A stretch of DNA of 64,000 bases from Octopus vulgaris (GCA_951406725.2 OX597837.1:1-64000), one strand, 5' to 3'. Shown: positions 12,561 to 27,355, counted from the stretch's first letter. A program made the numbers and translations. The notes: generated by a model from the letters alone, not told the origin.

Positions 12561-13434
12561 TACAGACCCAATAGATCTTCCTTGAAAGGAGCCTTTTTGA
12601 CATTTATTGAGTTTCTCCTCGTATCTCTGTAAACCGTCGATTAGTTTCAATTAAATTTCGTGTTAATTATTTCTGTTTCAGCTACTTGTTTCTCATGTCA
12701 GCGTTTTCCCCTGACATGTTTTAACTCCAGTTTGCTGGTAATTAATCTCGGTACAAGTTTTCTCTATTTTTGCCGCCTCCAAACGTTGTTTGTTTCAATT
12801 TTCACGCTTTGTTGGACGGGCGTGAAGTTATTTAACCATAATAAATACCGTCACATAATTGATGCTTCTCCAAAGACCAACGATTCTTTTTACCAATTTC
12901 TAAATTCACGAAGGCATATTCGTTTTTATTGTTTTACCCTTCTTTAGTATCTCCAAAGTGCTGCTCTGCAGTTGTTAAGAGAGCGTAGAAGCAGACGTTA
13001 ATTATTTGCCAAAATGAAGGTCCCTTTGTCTTCTAAATATTTAATCCCGATTTCGATAACAATCGTTACAATCAACTCTTGTCTTTTTTTACTTGTTTCA
13101 ACCACTGTACTACGGCCATGCTGGGGCACTTACTCGTGCTCACTCCTCCTCTCTCACTCCTCTTGCCCCCTCACCTACCGCTACCATCCCCTCTCAAATC
13201 ATTCCCTTCCCCTCACAAAATCGACCTCAGTAGTTATTTTTAAAGTATGCTACTTATTCCATCGGGTCCATTTGTCGGAGCGCTAAGTTTCGGGACATCA
13301 ACAAACCAACATGTATGCGTACTAGACAGGCTTATTTAGGCATTGAATGATTTAATTACTGTTTTGGGAGACGGATCGAAATTGATCTCGATGTATCTCC
13401 ATGTTGTTCACAGACAATCTCTCACATCATAAAA

Positions 13435-13605
13435 CACAACACCACCAGAACCACCACGAAGGTCACAACGACGATTGCGACACCCATTACCACCAGTACC
13501 GCCATGACGACGACCACCTCTATGACCACCACCATCACCACCACCACCACCACCACAACCACCACCACCACCACCACAACCACAACCACCACCACCACCA
13601 CCATT
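13435..13605. repeat. (CAC)n/(CAA)n trinucleotide repeat
   Basis: Direct. Confidence 0.9.
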
Positions 13606-13986
13606 ATTCTACATCTTGTCATCAATTCTTAATGATAAACCTTCAACATTTTTCTCTTCACATCACCAACATACACACACACACGCGCACCTCTTCATCA
13701 CGAGCAAATATCTGTTGTACTGTTAATACCAACAGGACTTTTGTTGTGTTCTTTATCAGTAAACAGCAACAACGACACCAACAACATCAATACTAACACC
13801 AGGTGTCTCTCACTCTCACTCACTTAATCTCCAGTCGCTCCTCCCCTTAAAGCTACCCCCACCACTCCCACTCAGACCACTCCTCTTCCCTTCCCTCCAT
13901 TCCCTCCCTCTCCATTACTAAACCATTTTAAACAATGATTACTAATTATGTTCTAATTACATTCGAAAGTAAGTAATTAGTTTCGC

Positions 13987-14915
<929 letters not shown>

Positions 14916-15192
14916 TAAGAGTTTAATGGAAAACTAACCTGATTAAATTAAATCAAGCCAATCTAATAGTTCCTTAGATTCATCAGTAAGAAATAGTTAA
15001 AACCGGAACAGATATTTTTCACGAGGCATTTTCATTATTACATCTCGTCAATATCCTGACCTAAAATTTTCAAATCGTCGCACTCGCGCCAAATTTATCG
15101 GCAGCAAATAAATATAAGCCGCCGATTCCATTACGGAATTAACCAGAAAATTCATAATTAATCAATATAGTGGCAAAAAAAATTTTGTAGAA

Positions 15193-15523
<331 letters not shown>

Positions 15524-15689
15524 CCGTTCAGGTAAGATAAACCCAAAAAAGTACTTCATCCGCTGAGAGATACATGTTTGATAGACACGTTATATAATTA
15601 TGAGTTACTAATAGTTTCATACATTGGAGATGTTTCCTAGGCAGGTTGTAATAATGCACTGTCTCTAAGCTCTAATTATATAAGTATGT

Positions 15690-15783
<94 letters not shown>

Positions 15784-15822
15784 ATTTATACATATATATG
15801 TATGTAGGTACGTATGTCTATG

Positions 15823-15868
<46 letters not shown>

Positions 15869-15914
15869 TATATATATATCTATAAAATAATATGTTACAA
15901 TTACTCAATAGTCA

Positions 15915-15977
15915 AGATAAAACTTTGAGTTTCAGATGCCGAAGTGGAAATCCACAACACCATCTCTTCGGTTATCT
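15915..15977 (-). ncRNA. Hammerhead-like motif in the Penelope pLTR
   Basis: AGATAA-CCGAAGA-GATG...CATC-T-GAAA-CTCAAAG-TT-TTATCT; perfect 6-bp stem I, variant core. Confidence 0.55.
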
Positions 15978-16527
15978 GGCCATCTGAAAAACGGAAAAGG
16001 GAAATTACTGTTCTATAATTCTGCTACTTATATAAAATAAGATTAAAATTTCATAGTAAACACGTAAAACATGGCTAGTAATACGCTCACATGTGCGTTC
16101 GCGGACCTACGTGCGTACTTATACGTCACTATGAAAACGTACACATCTTCACTCGCATTTTTCACCAAATATATACGCATATATATAAAAACTCATACAC
16201 ACACACATGCGTACCGCAAAAGTTCATACATACGTCTATATACGCACAAGCACAAGAAAAACCATGGTTAAAGGTAACAGAAAAAAACATAAGGAAGTAT
16301 ACAAAGCATAAAACCGCGGACATGCCCTTATGCACTCATACACACACACGCCCATATATGTACATACCCGCACATGTTTATATACGCCTACACACACACG
16401 CATATACAAAAAATGAATATACATATGCCCCCCCCACCCCTAAAAAATGGAAAAATACTAAGTAAAAACGTCTATATATATATGAATTCTTATGCCCGCA
16501 CACACGCACACATCTAAAACTGCCCAC

Positions 16528-17352
16528 TCATACATATTCACACACGTGTACAAATGAATCTATATACACGTCTATATAGGCACAGGAAAAAATGCGGGAT
16601 AGAAAAGTACAGAAAAAATTATTATGTGTGAAAATATAAAAATATATGAAATAATAAAAGGTATAATGAGATAAAAAAACTTTTTGGGACATAATATAGA
16701 AAGCAGGTTTTATGTTTTCTTTGGGGGACCAAAAACGTAACAAAAATTTTGTCACATGTGGGCATGATCCGAAAAGTTCTGTCCTTGAGTTTAGACATGT
16801 AGTAGGGTCTAAGCTGCTTTTCCAGATGTCGCATAGACCGCACTTTCCGCTGCCGTTGGTGTAGGGCTTACATTTGGCCAAAATCTTCCAATGGATGTTA
16901 TAATCGACACCTTTTTCTTTTAAAGACCAAATATGATTAGATAATTTTGTCGCTTTTCTTTTGTTCCAGTGCCTAAAACTCAAGGTGTGGTTATTGAATC
17001 TGGCCTTGAAATTACCCTCTGTAAGGCCCACGTATTTCTTCGTCGAAACGGTGTCTTTAGTGGTTATAGAGTCCACGGTAGCTTCATAGATGATGGTCTC
17101 GGATATGCAAGCTCCATTTAGCGGGCACAATTTTTTATTCCTGCATGAACAGCTGTTTTCTTGTTGTGGTTTTTGTGTGTTATGTGTGATTATATTTTTA
17201 AAATTGGTAGTTGAACTAAAACTAATTTTTAAATTGTGTTTATTGAAGAGTTTCCTATAAGTATGGTTAACTGGAAAATGTCTATCTATCAGTGTTAAGA
17301 AATATTTACCTATATTGAAGGTCACCTCGGGTGAGTAAGGGGGTGTAAACAT
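16528..17352 (-). pseudogene. Penelope linker plus GIY-YIG endonuclease fragment
   Basis: (W)FTPPYS, CSCRNKKLCPLNGAC, IIYEA...YVGLTEGNFKARFNNH..SF, HIWSLK, CGLC, LNSRTELFGSCPH. Confidence 0.9.
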
Positions 17353-17715
17353 TTTTAAAGCGTTGCCCCAGTTTATAATAAGGCTTTAAAATATAGTGGT
17401 TTTAGCGAAAAAATAAAATATACACCTGCTACTAGCCCAACAGTAAAGAAGAGGAAAAATAGAAATACGAAGATCATCTGGTTTACACCCCCTTACTCAC
17501 CCGAGGTGACCTTTAATATAGGTAAATATTTCTTAACACTGATAGATAGACATTTTCCAGTTAACCATACTTATAGGAAACTCTTCAATAAACACAATTT
17601 AAAAATTAGTTTTATCTTGACTATTGAGTAATTGTAACATTATTTTATAGATGAATTTCCTCTATTTACATAATATTGAGGTCTCTTTCTTTCTTTTGTT
17701 ATCTTACCGTTTTTA

Positions 17716-17756
<41 letters not shown>

Positions 17757-18766
17757 TTTTGGTGTGAATGGTATTTTTACATAAGCTTAAAGCTTGTGGC
17801 GTTCACCGTGCAATGACTAAGGGAAATAGTCTAATAAAGGATTATATAAGCCCTCGACAGAAAAATGGCTTTCCTATCCGCATGGGACTCGAATCCACAT
17901 CCCTTTGTTAACGCAACTAAGTGTGTTTACCTTTATATATATACCTACACACGTATATGTAATATAAACATTAATCAGTACAATGGTGATGGTGCGGTCA
18001 CAGTGGTATGTACTGGGAGTAGTGGTGGTAGTGGGAGATGGTAAGTGCTGGTATGTGAAGTGTTGGTGGTGTGCTGAGAATGGTATGCATTGGCGGTGGG
18101 GATGCTGACGGCACTGCTGTTGGTAGTGGTGGTTGTGGTAGTTATGAAATGTGCAGATATTAATGGTATTGTTGGTGCTGGTAGTGGTGGTGTTAATGGT
18201 ATGGGTGTTAGTGATGGTAAACCCTGGTAATCCAAGAAAGATGGTTCTGCTGTTTCTTGGCGAACAACCTACGCAGGTGATAGGTTATGTGTTGCAGATT
18301 AGTTCACTCTTCTTCCATCAAATCGATGTTACCTGAACAGGTGCACACAGGTGTGTCAAATGTCAAAGTGATCACAGAACAATGTAAGATGAAGTGTTTT
18401 GCTCAAGAACACAACACAACAACACCCGCTCCAAGAATTGAAACCATGATCTCGCGATTGCAAGTGCAGCACCTTAACTACTAGGCCAAACGCCTTCATG
18501 GGGCAGTGTGACAGTGTGAACATATTCTGCTCTCTCTCCGCTCTCCACTCCAGTAGTCACTGGTGGTGGCTGCCGCAAAGGTAGGAAAGATGGACAAGGT
18601 CAAAGCACAATCCCAGCACCGTTTTAGAGGCCAGCAACATTGATGAGGCTACTTATTCTCCCTGTTTGCGTTTTATACATTTCTCTGAGTTGAGTGTGAG
18701 AGAGACAGTATTTTTAGAATATTGCTGTTGTTCTTATTAAGATATTGCTGTTGTTGTTATTGTAGC

Positions 18767-18812
<46 letters not shown>

Positions 18813-19918
18813 TGGTGGTAGTAATAGCATTCTGCGGTGTTATGTATGTATCCTGGTGTCTGGTGATGATTCCCCTCCCCCTGTAACAGACATCTGGGGC
18901 GGGGAGAATTGAAGCAAACTGCAGTCACAAGCTGTGCCTCTTCCCTCCCCCCGGCACTTCCAAGTCGTCTTTCATTTTATTTCATTCTGGTTTGTTGCGT
19001 GATCGTGGATGTGGTCTCCGTACAAATGTTACGATGCTGGGTGCATGGTTTGAGATACTTCGTAGTTTATTGTGGTTTGTTGCGGAGAGGCTAGGAACTC
19101 AGAATATTCCATGTGAACTGACTGGATGAGTGTGTTTGGCGTTGCTAATATCTGAGCAGGAGGACAAAGGTTCGACTCTTCAGGTTTCTGGTTTTCCCTG
19201 TCTTGTTCTATTGTTGTGAAACTTGGACACTCTCCGAGGACCTTCAGGAGCCGCCTGAACTCTTCGCAGGATTATGGGTTACCATTGGTTGGATTTCATA
19301 TCCAACCAAAGACTCTGCTCAGAAACTGGGTTGCGTCCTCTTACTTGTCTGATTCGAGTCAGTTCAGACTGTTTGCCCAAGTTGTTCGATTTTCCGAGTT
19401 TGTTCTTGAATATGCGTTCTCTTTTCTGAGGATCCGATTGGGCCGTGACGGCTCGTGCTGGTCGATCACATGCCACATGGTCGCGGCAGATGAGGAATTA
19501 TTTCGCGATGAGGACTGAAATGGTGGATGTAGCGACGCGCTGTAACGGCGCATGTCCCCACACCTGACCTGTTTGTGTTGTAACCTGACCTAATGTTATA
19601 TTTGTACATCATTGCTGTAGTTTCTTTTGTGTTGGCCAGATGCAGCACCTGTGATTACTTTTACTGTCTTCTACGTGTGTTCTGAATGTTGTGAAGGTAT
19701 CGTGTGTAACTTCAAGCATATTCTACTTCTGTGTGTGTGCGTATGCGCATGCGTGTCTAGGCACAAAACAGGCTAGTTATGATGCTTCTGAGTAATCTTG
19801 TTTGTCATCCGTATTGTTTGTGGGGTGTGGAAAATTCAACGTTTCGGATAAATTTCTTCACGGAAAAGTTGAAAGGAGAGAAATTATTGAGAGACAGCAG
19901 AGTTTAAAGTCATCGATG

Positions 19919-19964
<46 letters not shown>

Positions 19965-20001
19965 TGTGTGTAAGAGTGTGTGTGCGTGTGTGAGAGAGTG
20001 C

Positions 20002-20046
<45 letters not shown>

Positions 20047-20130
20047 TGTGTGTGTGTGAGAGAGTGCGTGTGCTTGAGAGTGCGAGTGCGTAAGCGTGCG
20101 AGTGCGTGTTTGTGAGTGCGTGAGTGTGTT

Positions 20131-20163
<33 letters not shown>

Positions 20164-21222
20164 TTATTATACACAGTGCATGGTTTATATTTTGATGACC
20201 TGAGTTTACAGCGTTATGTCGTTTTTCATTACTTTACTAATGTTATTTATGAAATCTTTTATAGATGTTAAATGATAGCATTGTAGCTGCCGGTGGGCCT
20301 CCTTACTCTCCTGGCAATCAATATTTTTAGACCCTGTCTGCCACCGTATCTATATATATATATGTATATTGGACGTACATTTCTATACATGTAATCAGGT
20401 CTCCACCGTTGTTGAATAGTCTCTCTTGTTGTTTGATTTGAGTATAATTTGGAAATCTGGGTGCTTTGTGCTCAGGTAGTCGCTATGTTTTCTGAATTAG
20501 TCTTACATGGATGTCGTGTGCGGCCGTAACAACTTTTAGTTCCATATTTACCTACCTATTTATTTACCTGTCGAGAAGGAATATACTTAGAAACCCCAGC
20601 TGCATGGAAAATTAATAGTAAAGTAGGTAGGTAACAGCATACTCGATATAGCAAGTCAAAGCAATGCTTTCCATATTTAATTAAATTTAATACATTCTAT
20701 ATGTAATTAATTCTTATACTACGTTTTAACGTATATATTTAAAGCAATTCTATATTTAAGTTTAAGGAATTAAAATGCCAGGATTGCTTCCTTTGCTTGT
20801 TTTAAGAAGAATTACAGATTATGCCTGTTAATGCCGTTTTTAGTTTTCACAGATCTTATAATATCAACGAACTAAAGATTTCTGGCTCGTTATGTGAGGT
20901 ACGACACATGAGTGGCACATATTTAACAGCGCCCTCTGCACTCACAATACATAGCCCAGATTTAGCAAGAAGCGATTGCTAGATTATTTGAAATTGTTAT
21001 TTGCGACAGGTTGGCGTCCTAGCCAGGGGCGTACTTAATATCTTATTCGCATCACACCATCAAAAAACCGTGTCAAGCATCAGGCATTAGGTGAAATTTT
21101 CACAAACTGCACACACGCACCAATTCAACCACCAAATATTATGTGTGTACGTGTGTGCATGTGTAATGTGTGTGTGTGTGTGTGTGTGTGTATGTTTGCA
21201 CGTGTGTTTGTGTGTGTATACG

Positions 21223-21266
<44 letters not shown>

Positions 21267-21349
21267 AATGTGTGTGTGTGTATACATATATGTGTATATA
21301 TATATATGTAAATGTGTATGTGTGTATAAATATATATATGTGTGTGTGT

Positions 21350-21760
21350 GTCTGCCTGTGTTTGTCCCCCACTACCTCTTGACAGCCAGAGTTATATTTA
21401 TGTCTCCCGTAACCAAGCAATTCGGCAAAAGACACTGATAAAATAAGTACCAAGTTTTAAAGAATATATGAAAAGTATTTCAAGGCGGTGCTCCAACATG
21501 GGCACAGTCTAATGGTTGAAACAAGTCGAAGAAAACATATATACATATAGGCGCAGGTGTTGTGGCTGTGTGGTAAGTAGCTTGCTTACCAACCACATGG
21601 TTCTGGGTTCAGTCCCACTGCATGGCACCTAACTTAGCGGTTCAGCAAAAGAGACCGATATAATAAGTACTAGGCTTACACAGAATAAGTCCTGGGGTCG
21701 ATTTGCTCGACTGAAGACAGTGCTCCAGCATGACTGCAGTCAAATGACAAATACAAAAAA
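21350..21760 (+). mobile_element. Two SINE family A copies
   Basis: Core and tail matches to the other copies. Confidence 0.8.
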
Positions 21761-21780
21761 ATATATACACATATACATTC

Positions 21781-21870
21781 GTGAGGTAAAATCATGTAGC
21801 AAACCAAATGGCGGTGCCCCAGCATGGCCACAGCTCATGAGCTGAAACTGGAAAAATAGAAAAATAGAAA
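21781..21870 (+). mobile_element. Extremely 5'-truncated copy of the LINE1 3'UTR
   Basis: CCAAATGGCGGTGCCCCAGCATGGCCACAGCTCATGAGCTGAAACTGGAAAAAT is nearly identical to the reverse complement of 5702-5755. Confidence 0.85.
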
Positions 21871-21998
21871 TATATTGTTTTTATATCAAATTATAATAGA
21901 AAAATTTTAATATTGGAACTGAAGAATTATTCAGTAGTCTTTGTAGAATATAAATTTATCATTCTTTAATGAGAAGAGTAGTGATAATGCCTTCATCG

Positions 21999-22044
21999 GA
22001 CAGTCTGATGAAGGTTAGTTGGCCGAAGCTTCGAAGTCACTGTC
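21999..22044 (+). ncRNA. Type I hammerhead-like motif
   Basis: GACAGT-CTGATGA-AGGTTAGTTGGCC-GAAG-CTTCGAAG-TC-ACTGTC; perfect stem I, palindromic stem III, A15.1>G. Confidence 0.7.
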
Positions 22045-22510
22045 ACCACTTTTCTTCTAAATGTATATTATACATATGTGTGTGTGTGTTGTGTTGCATG
22101 TGTGTGTGTGTAATTGGGCGCAACGTAACCAAATAGTTAAAAGGTTCTGTTCGCAACCCCGAGGTTTCGGGTTTGTTCCCACTGTATAGCGTTTTGAATA
22201 AATATTTTCTGTGGCTACCGATCGATCCATACCTTGTAAGGGAAACTGAGCAGACGGATATTGTACAGAAGCCCTTCGGGTCGAGTGTGTCTCAAATTAG
22301 GAGAAACAACTTCGTTACACTCTGCATCACATTGATACTGCCTGAGAATGACTTTGGTGGAATATGAGTCTATGGAATAAATTTAGACTTAGATAAACTT
22401 AGATATGTTTCGACCAAAGATTGGTCCAGGCCATGTCTAACTTAATAGTACCACCTGATAGGATTATTCGAATCCTGTTTAAGTCAAGTTTTGTTTAAGT
22501 CAAGTTTTGT

Positions 22511-25500
22511 TCAAGTAGTGAGTTCTTGTTGGGTGAGTTGTATCCAGTTTTGTTCAAGTAGTGAGTTCTTGTTGGGTGGGTTGTATCCAATTATGGGTGG
22601 CTTATCTGGTATTCTTTGAAGGAATCTATCCAGACTCTGTTTAAAGTTGATGGGATCCTTTTCCTCTTTGATCTCCCTCGGGACAATGTTAAATAGGGCA
22701 GGGCCTGTTGAGGAAAAGAAATTATGTTGCAGTGTACATGTATGTTGTGATCTTGAATTGGGCAGGGGACGTATAGCCCGTGGTCCAAGTCTTGGATGAA
22801 CTTTGAAGCTAATGTTTAGGTCGTTTGGGCAAAATTGGCGGTATATTTTCCACATCGTACAAATGATGTACCGCTCACGGCGACGCTGGAGGGAGTAAAG
22901 TTTCAAGGCTTTAAGGCGATCCCAATAATCGAGAACAGCCATGCCTTCAATTTGTTTAGTGAGTGCCCTCTGGGGTGACTCAATTCTGGAGATGTTTTGT
23001 CTTGTGTGAGGAGACCACAGTGGGCAGCAGTATTCAAGGTGTGGCCGTACAAAGGAGGAAAAAAGTGGTATGATGACACCTTGTTCTCTGGACCGGAAAG
23101 TTCTTAAGATCCAGGAACTCATCCTACGAGCTATATCGACCTTCTTGTTGATGTGTGCACTCCAACTGAGATCGTCATCAACAATTACACCCAGGTCTCT
23201 GATATTGTTAGAAGCTGTGAGCGGTTCCCCTGAAGGAAGAGAGTATGGTTGTTTTAGTGAGGAATTTCTTCCAAAATGCATCAGCTCAAATTTTCCCTCA
23301 TTCAGTTGCATTTTGTTTCTGTCTGCCCATTGACTCACAGCATATAGATCAGACTGGAGTTGAGTTCGGTCTGCTTCTTCATTGACGATTTGCTGGAGCT
23401 TAGTGTCATCAGCAAATATTTTCACTTTGCAGTAATGTACGACACTGGAAAGGTCGTTTACGTAAATTATGAAGAGTAGCGGACCCAAAACAGTTCCCTG
23501 GGGAACACCGCTGGTGACTTTTGCTGGGTTTGAGTGGACTCCATCAACTACATGTTGTGTTCTATTCGCCAGGAAATACTGAATCCAGTGTAGAACTTTT
23601 CCACGGATTCCAACGTTTGCCAATTTTGAGAGTAGGATGTTATGGTCTACCCTGTCGAACGTTTTACTGAAGTCAAGATATATGACGTCAGAGTTCGAAC
23701 CTGTTCCCAAAGCTTTGAGTACATCTTCAATGTGGTGTAAGAGCTGTGTTAGACAGTCCCTGCCACAGCGAAAGCCATGCTGATTTGCATTTAGGAGTTT
23801 GTGGGTCTCCAGGAAGTCAGCTATCCTTGATCTTAACACTCTTTCAAACACTTTAATGATGTGGGAGGTGAGTGAAATTGGGCGATAGTTGACTGCGAGG
23901 GATCTGTTTCCCTGTTTGAAAACCGGGATGACCGACTGGGATAGAAACTGTTTCGGTATATAACCTGCGTCTAACGGATTTCTCCAGAGGTTGGTCAGAG
24001 GGACTGCAAGTTGGTATCTACATTCCTTCAGGAGACTAGCGGGAAGTCTATCAGGGCCTACAGCAGAGTAATGTTTGACCTCATTTATTGCTGCTACGAT
24101 GTCGGTGGCAGTGAAGGTTATGTCTGATATTTGGTGTTGGGAGTCAACTTCGTTCGTTTCCCTTACGCCAATATCAGTGGGAACACTAAAGACAGAGCAG
24201 TATTGTTTCTGCAGTATTTCTGCCATTTCTTTAGCATCGTGTTGGGGAATGCCGTTATCATCAATCAATGGCCCAATGTGTGAGACAGTGGTTCTATGCT
24301 TATTTGCATAAGAATAGAACACTTTTGGGTTCTGTTTGATGTTTTTGATTACCCATTGTTCCTCCACAGCTCTTTGATTTTCAATGGAGGTTTTCATGTT
24401 GGTCTGCAGATGAAGTTCTTCCAGCTCTAGTCTTTTCATTGTTGTTGAATGTGGATGTTGTGTGTGGGAATATTTTAATTGGTTGATTTTTTTGTTGAGT
24501 CTTTTGATGCGCCTGATGAGTGTTTTTTTCTTTTTAGGGAGCCGGTTTCTGTTTGTGTTAGTAGATTTCTTGGGAGCGGGTTTAGAGCATGTATAGGTGA
24601 CAATGTTTTCAAAGTGCTGCCACGCGGTCTCAATATGAGAGGAATTGAGAGTAAAAGACCAGTCGATGGAAGACAGATCCTTTCTGATTGTTCCCCAGTC
24701 CGCTTTGTGGAAGTTTATGTTGTCAAATGGGTGCCATGAAGTGGGATTGGCTGGTTTGGTTTTTATATGTCGGGAATTAAGATTGCAGAGTACCATGTCG
24801 TGGTCTGAGAGGAGAGTTTTTTCGACTGAAATACTGTGAACGTAGCTAGAGTGATTGGTCAATACCAGACCCAAGATCGTTTTATTCTGTCTCGTTGGTT
24901 CAAGCACTAGCTGAGTCAGGAAATACTCATCCATCAGATTAAAGAGCAGTTCTGCTGCTGCTCTATCTGATGTAGAGCCCTTGCCTAACTTCAGAGTATT
25001 TGTGGGCCAGTTCACATGAGGGAGGTTAAAATCACCCATCACTAGTATGTTTCCAGAGTGGTACTTCCGAAGGAAGGACTTGACTTTGCTAAGGCACTCT
25101 TCAAAGTACTTTAGAGGTGTCTGGGGAGGCCTGTAAAGACCAACAATGGTTATGTCCTTGGCTTTGTTGTATAGTGATACCGATTCGATTCACAGTAGCC
25201 ATTGGAAAATATGTCCTTGGCATCAAGTGAAAAGGAGTCATGGATAAAGATGGCTGTCCCTCCCTTATTTCGGTCTGTGCGATCCGCACGAACAATGGTG
25301 AAATCTTTTATTTTCACCTCTGCGTCCATATGGGTGTTGTTCAGGTGAGTCTCGGTAAGGATAAAGAAAGGGAAGCAATGTGCCATTTCGGCAAGCCAAC
25401 TCTCTATATATGGGATCTTCCATTTTTGGGCAATAATTGATGGGTTGATGCCACGTACATTTAACAGGAATGTCGAGGTAAGGGAAGTTGGTAATGGGTG

Positions 25501-25596
25501 AGTGGTCCTTGTGATTTGCATAGATGGTTGGTGATAGCTCGCTGGATCTCCTGGCTTAGGTCGGCCTTCATATTTTCTAGGTATGTCAGTAAAAAC
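22511..25596 (-). pseudogene. LINE2 ORF2: APE plus RT (lesions in APE near 25080-25190)
   Basis: LLNVRGI, LTETHL, MGDFNLP, SDH; YRPISLTS, QHGFR, YLDFSKTFD, GVPQGTVLGP, FADD, LYSLQRRRER. Confidence 0.95.
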
Positions 25597-26664
25597 GAGT
25601 TACTTGTTTGGTTTGCCACTTGGTCAGAGGATACATATTTCATGTTGGCGTTATTTGGTGTTTTTTCATGGTTCTGTCTACGTTGTTTGATTGTAGGAGG
25701 GGAAACGTGGTTGTATTTTGTTCTTGTTGTTGTCCTAGATTTCCTCTGTTCCTGTTTATATTTATTCTGTGATCGTTTTGTGCCCTTCAGATGGTGGTGG
25801 TTGCATTCTGGGTTCAGGCACATCCTTTGTGAGACAGAAGTTTGGTACAGTTTAGGATGGAATAAGGTGCATCCATTGCCTTTTATGCATCCGTATTTAG
25901 GATCAGAACCATAGATTCTGTATTTAGGACAGTATTTGGGGTGGAGGTGGGGGCAATTTTTTCCTGTGCCCATAACAAGTCTACGACATAAGGTCGGATG
26001 GGAAAAAGCACAGCGTCCATTGTTGTTTGTGCCGCTGGGGCCAAATCTACAATTGCCTTTAGAATAGTAACGGCAGGGGGTTATATTTGGTTGTAGTAGT
26101 GGTTTTTCTATTCTGGCAGTTAGAAGCAGCTTGTTGATTTTGTGATGGTGGGTTCTGGCTTGCCAGGATGTGGTCAAATCTGCAGCTGCCTTGAGAGTAG
26201 TAATGGCAGATAGTTTTACGTGGATGTAGTAGTGATTTTCCTATTGTGGCAGTAGTAGTAGTGGAGAGTTGTTTTTGTTGTAGCAGCATTGGAACTTGAC
26301 TAGTGGTAGTATTAGAGTGTTGTTGACTTGGTTCATCATGTGCTGTTGTCAATGGAAGTAGGTCAGTTGATTGTTGCTGTTGAAGTGACCCCTGACCTGT
26401 TGGAATTTGGTCATTTGGTATACTGGATTCGTTGGCAAGAATGGCTTTTAGTGTAGCCATGTGCGCGTGAAAAATAGGGAATATCCTAACAATTTCTTTT
26501 ATTTTATTTTCTATCTGTTTTACAGATCTGTGAAAGGATTTTTTCGTTAAATCCTCTGTTATTTTACTGTAAACATTAGCTTCGTTGTGATGGATGAACC
26601 AAGCGTTAATCATTGCAGTAATTTCATTTTCAACCCAGCGGCGTGTTTGAAAATTATTGGCCAT
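25461..26664 (-). pseudogene. LINE2 ORF1: trihelix Myb/SANT-like domain, Q/T-rich linker, multiple CCCH fingers (one frameshift near 26090-26170)
   Basis: RRWVENEITAMINAW...YSKITEDLTKKSFHRSVKQIENKIKEI; CRYYSKGNCRFG..GRCAFSH, CPKYRIYG..GCIKGNGCTLFH, CLNPECNHHH. Confidence 0.82.
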
Positions 26665-27205
26665 ATTCAGTGGGGTAGTGTTGTGTAATATATATATGTA
26701 TGTATGTGTATGCGTGTATATGTACACCAGTTATTGATGGCTTGGAAAGTTTGTGTCGATATACTCGGAAATTCGTGGCTTGTGTGTGTGAGAGTTCAGT
26801 GTAATTGGTACAATCTAATTAGTACAATCAGGATGAGCGGTGTCTTTAATACAGATCAAGAAAAAATACTCAACCATTTACAAAAAAAAAAACTGAGTTG
26901 ATCGAACAAAGGAATTACCATTGTCGGGACCACTGGGGATCCATCCCTACCCACAGAGCGTCATTGGAGGAGTATTTTTTGTCACTTGCCCGTGACGAAA
27001 AATACTCCTCTAGTACTGTTGTGACTTCGTCTTCAGAACTCATTTTTTCCGTCCAAATGATTTTGAAAACTGCAGAATAAATGATAATTAGATGGGGAAA
27101 TGTCCGGCGAATATGGTGGGTGGGGCATCGTTCCCCATTCAAACTGCTCCAGCCTTTAGAATGTTATCCTCGCTGTATGTGGCCGAGCATTATTTATGGG
27201 ATGAC

Positions 27206-27248
<43 letters not shown>

Positions 27249-27312
27249 ATTTGTTGAGTACATAAACAGCTTGGCTGCTTGTTTCTGTGGAGATTGTCAA
27301 AATGATGTAGAC

Positions 27313-27355
27313 GCCTCTGATGAGAACCCGATAAGGTCCGAAAACCGGTTAAGGT
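27313..27355 (+). ncRNA. Type I hammerhead-like motif
   Basis: GCCT-CTGATGA-GAACC cgataa GGTCC-GAAA-ACCGGT-TA-AGGT; intact core, palindromic stem III AACCGGTT. Confidence 0.7.

Larger units (their letters stand above)
15880..17720 (-). mobile_element. 5'-truncated Penelope-like element (Neptune-type) with inverted 5' segment and pLTR ends
   Basis: GIY-YIG ORF on minus; inverted copy 17480-17612 of 17219-17351; 17608-17650 is the reverse complement of 15880-15924; both flanks are (TA)n. Confidence 0.88.
22380..27210 (-). mobile_element. Near-full-length CR1-group LINE (element 2, distinct family)
   Basis: ORF1 plus APE-RT ORF2, 3' stem-loop and (ATCTAAGT)-like tail; 5' boundary approximate. 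Confidence 0.92.

Noticed and set aside
17870-17932. tRNA gene (B-box GGATTCGAGTCCC on minus; similar at 60698-60712)
   Set aside because: No complete cloverleaf; more likely a SINE head
27090-27210. HDV-like ribozyme at the LINE2 5' end (TCCTCGC and GGCGAA words)
   Set aside because: The words are on the antisense strand and in the wrong order; I could not build the nested pseudoknot
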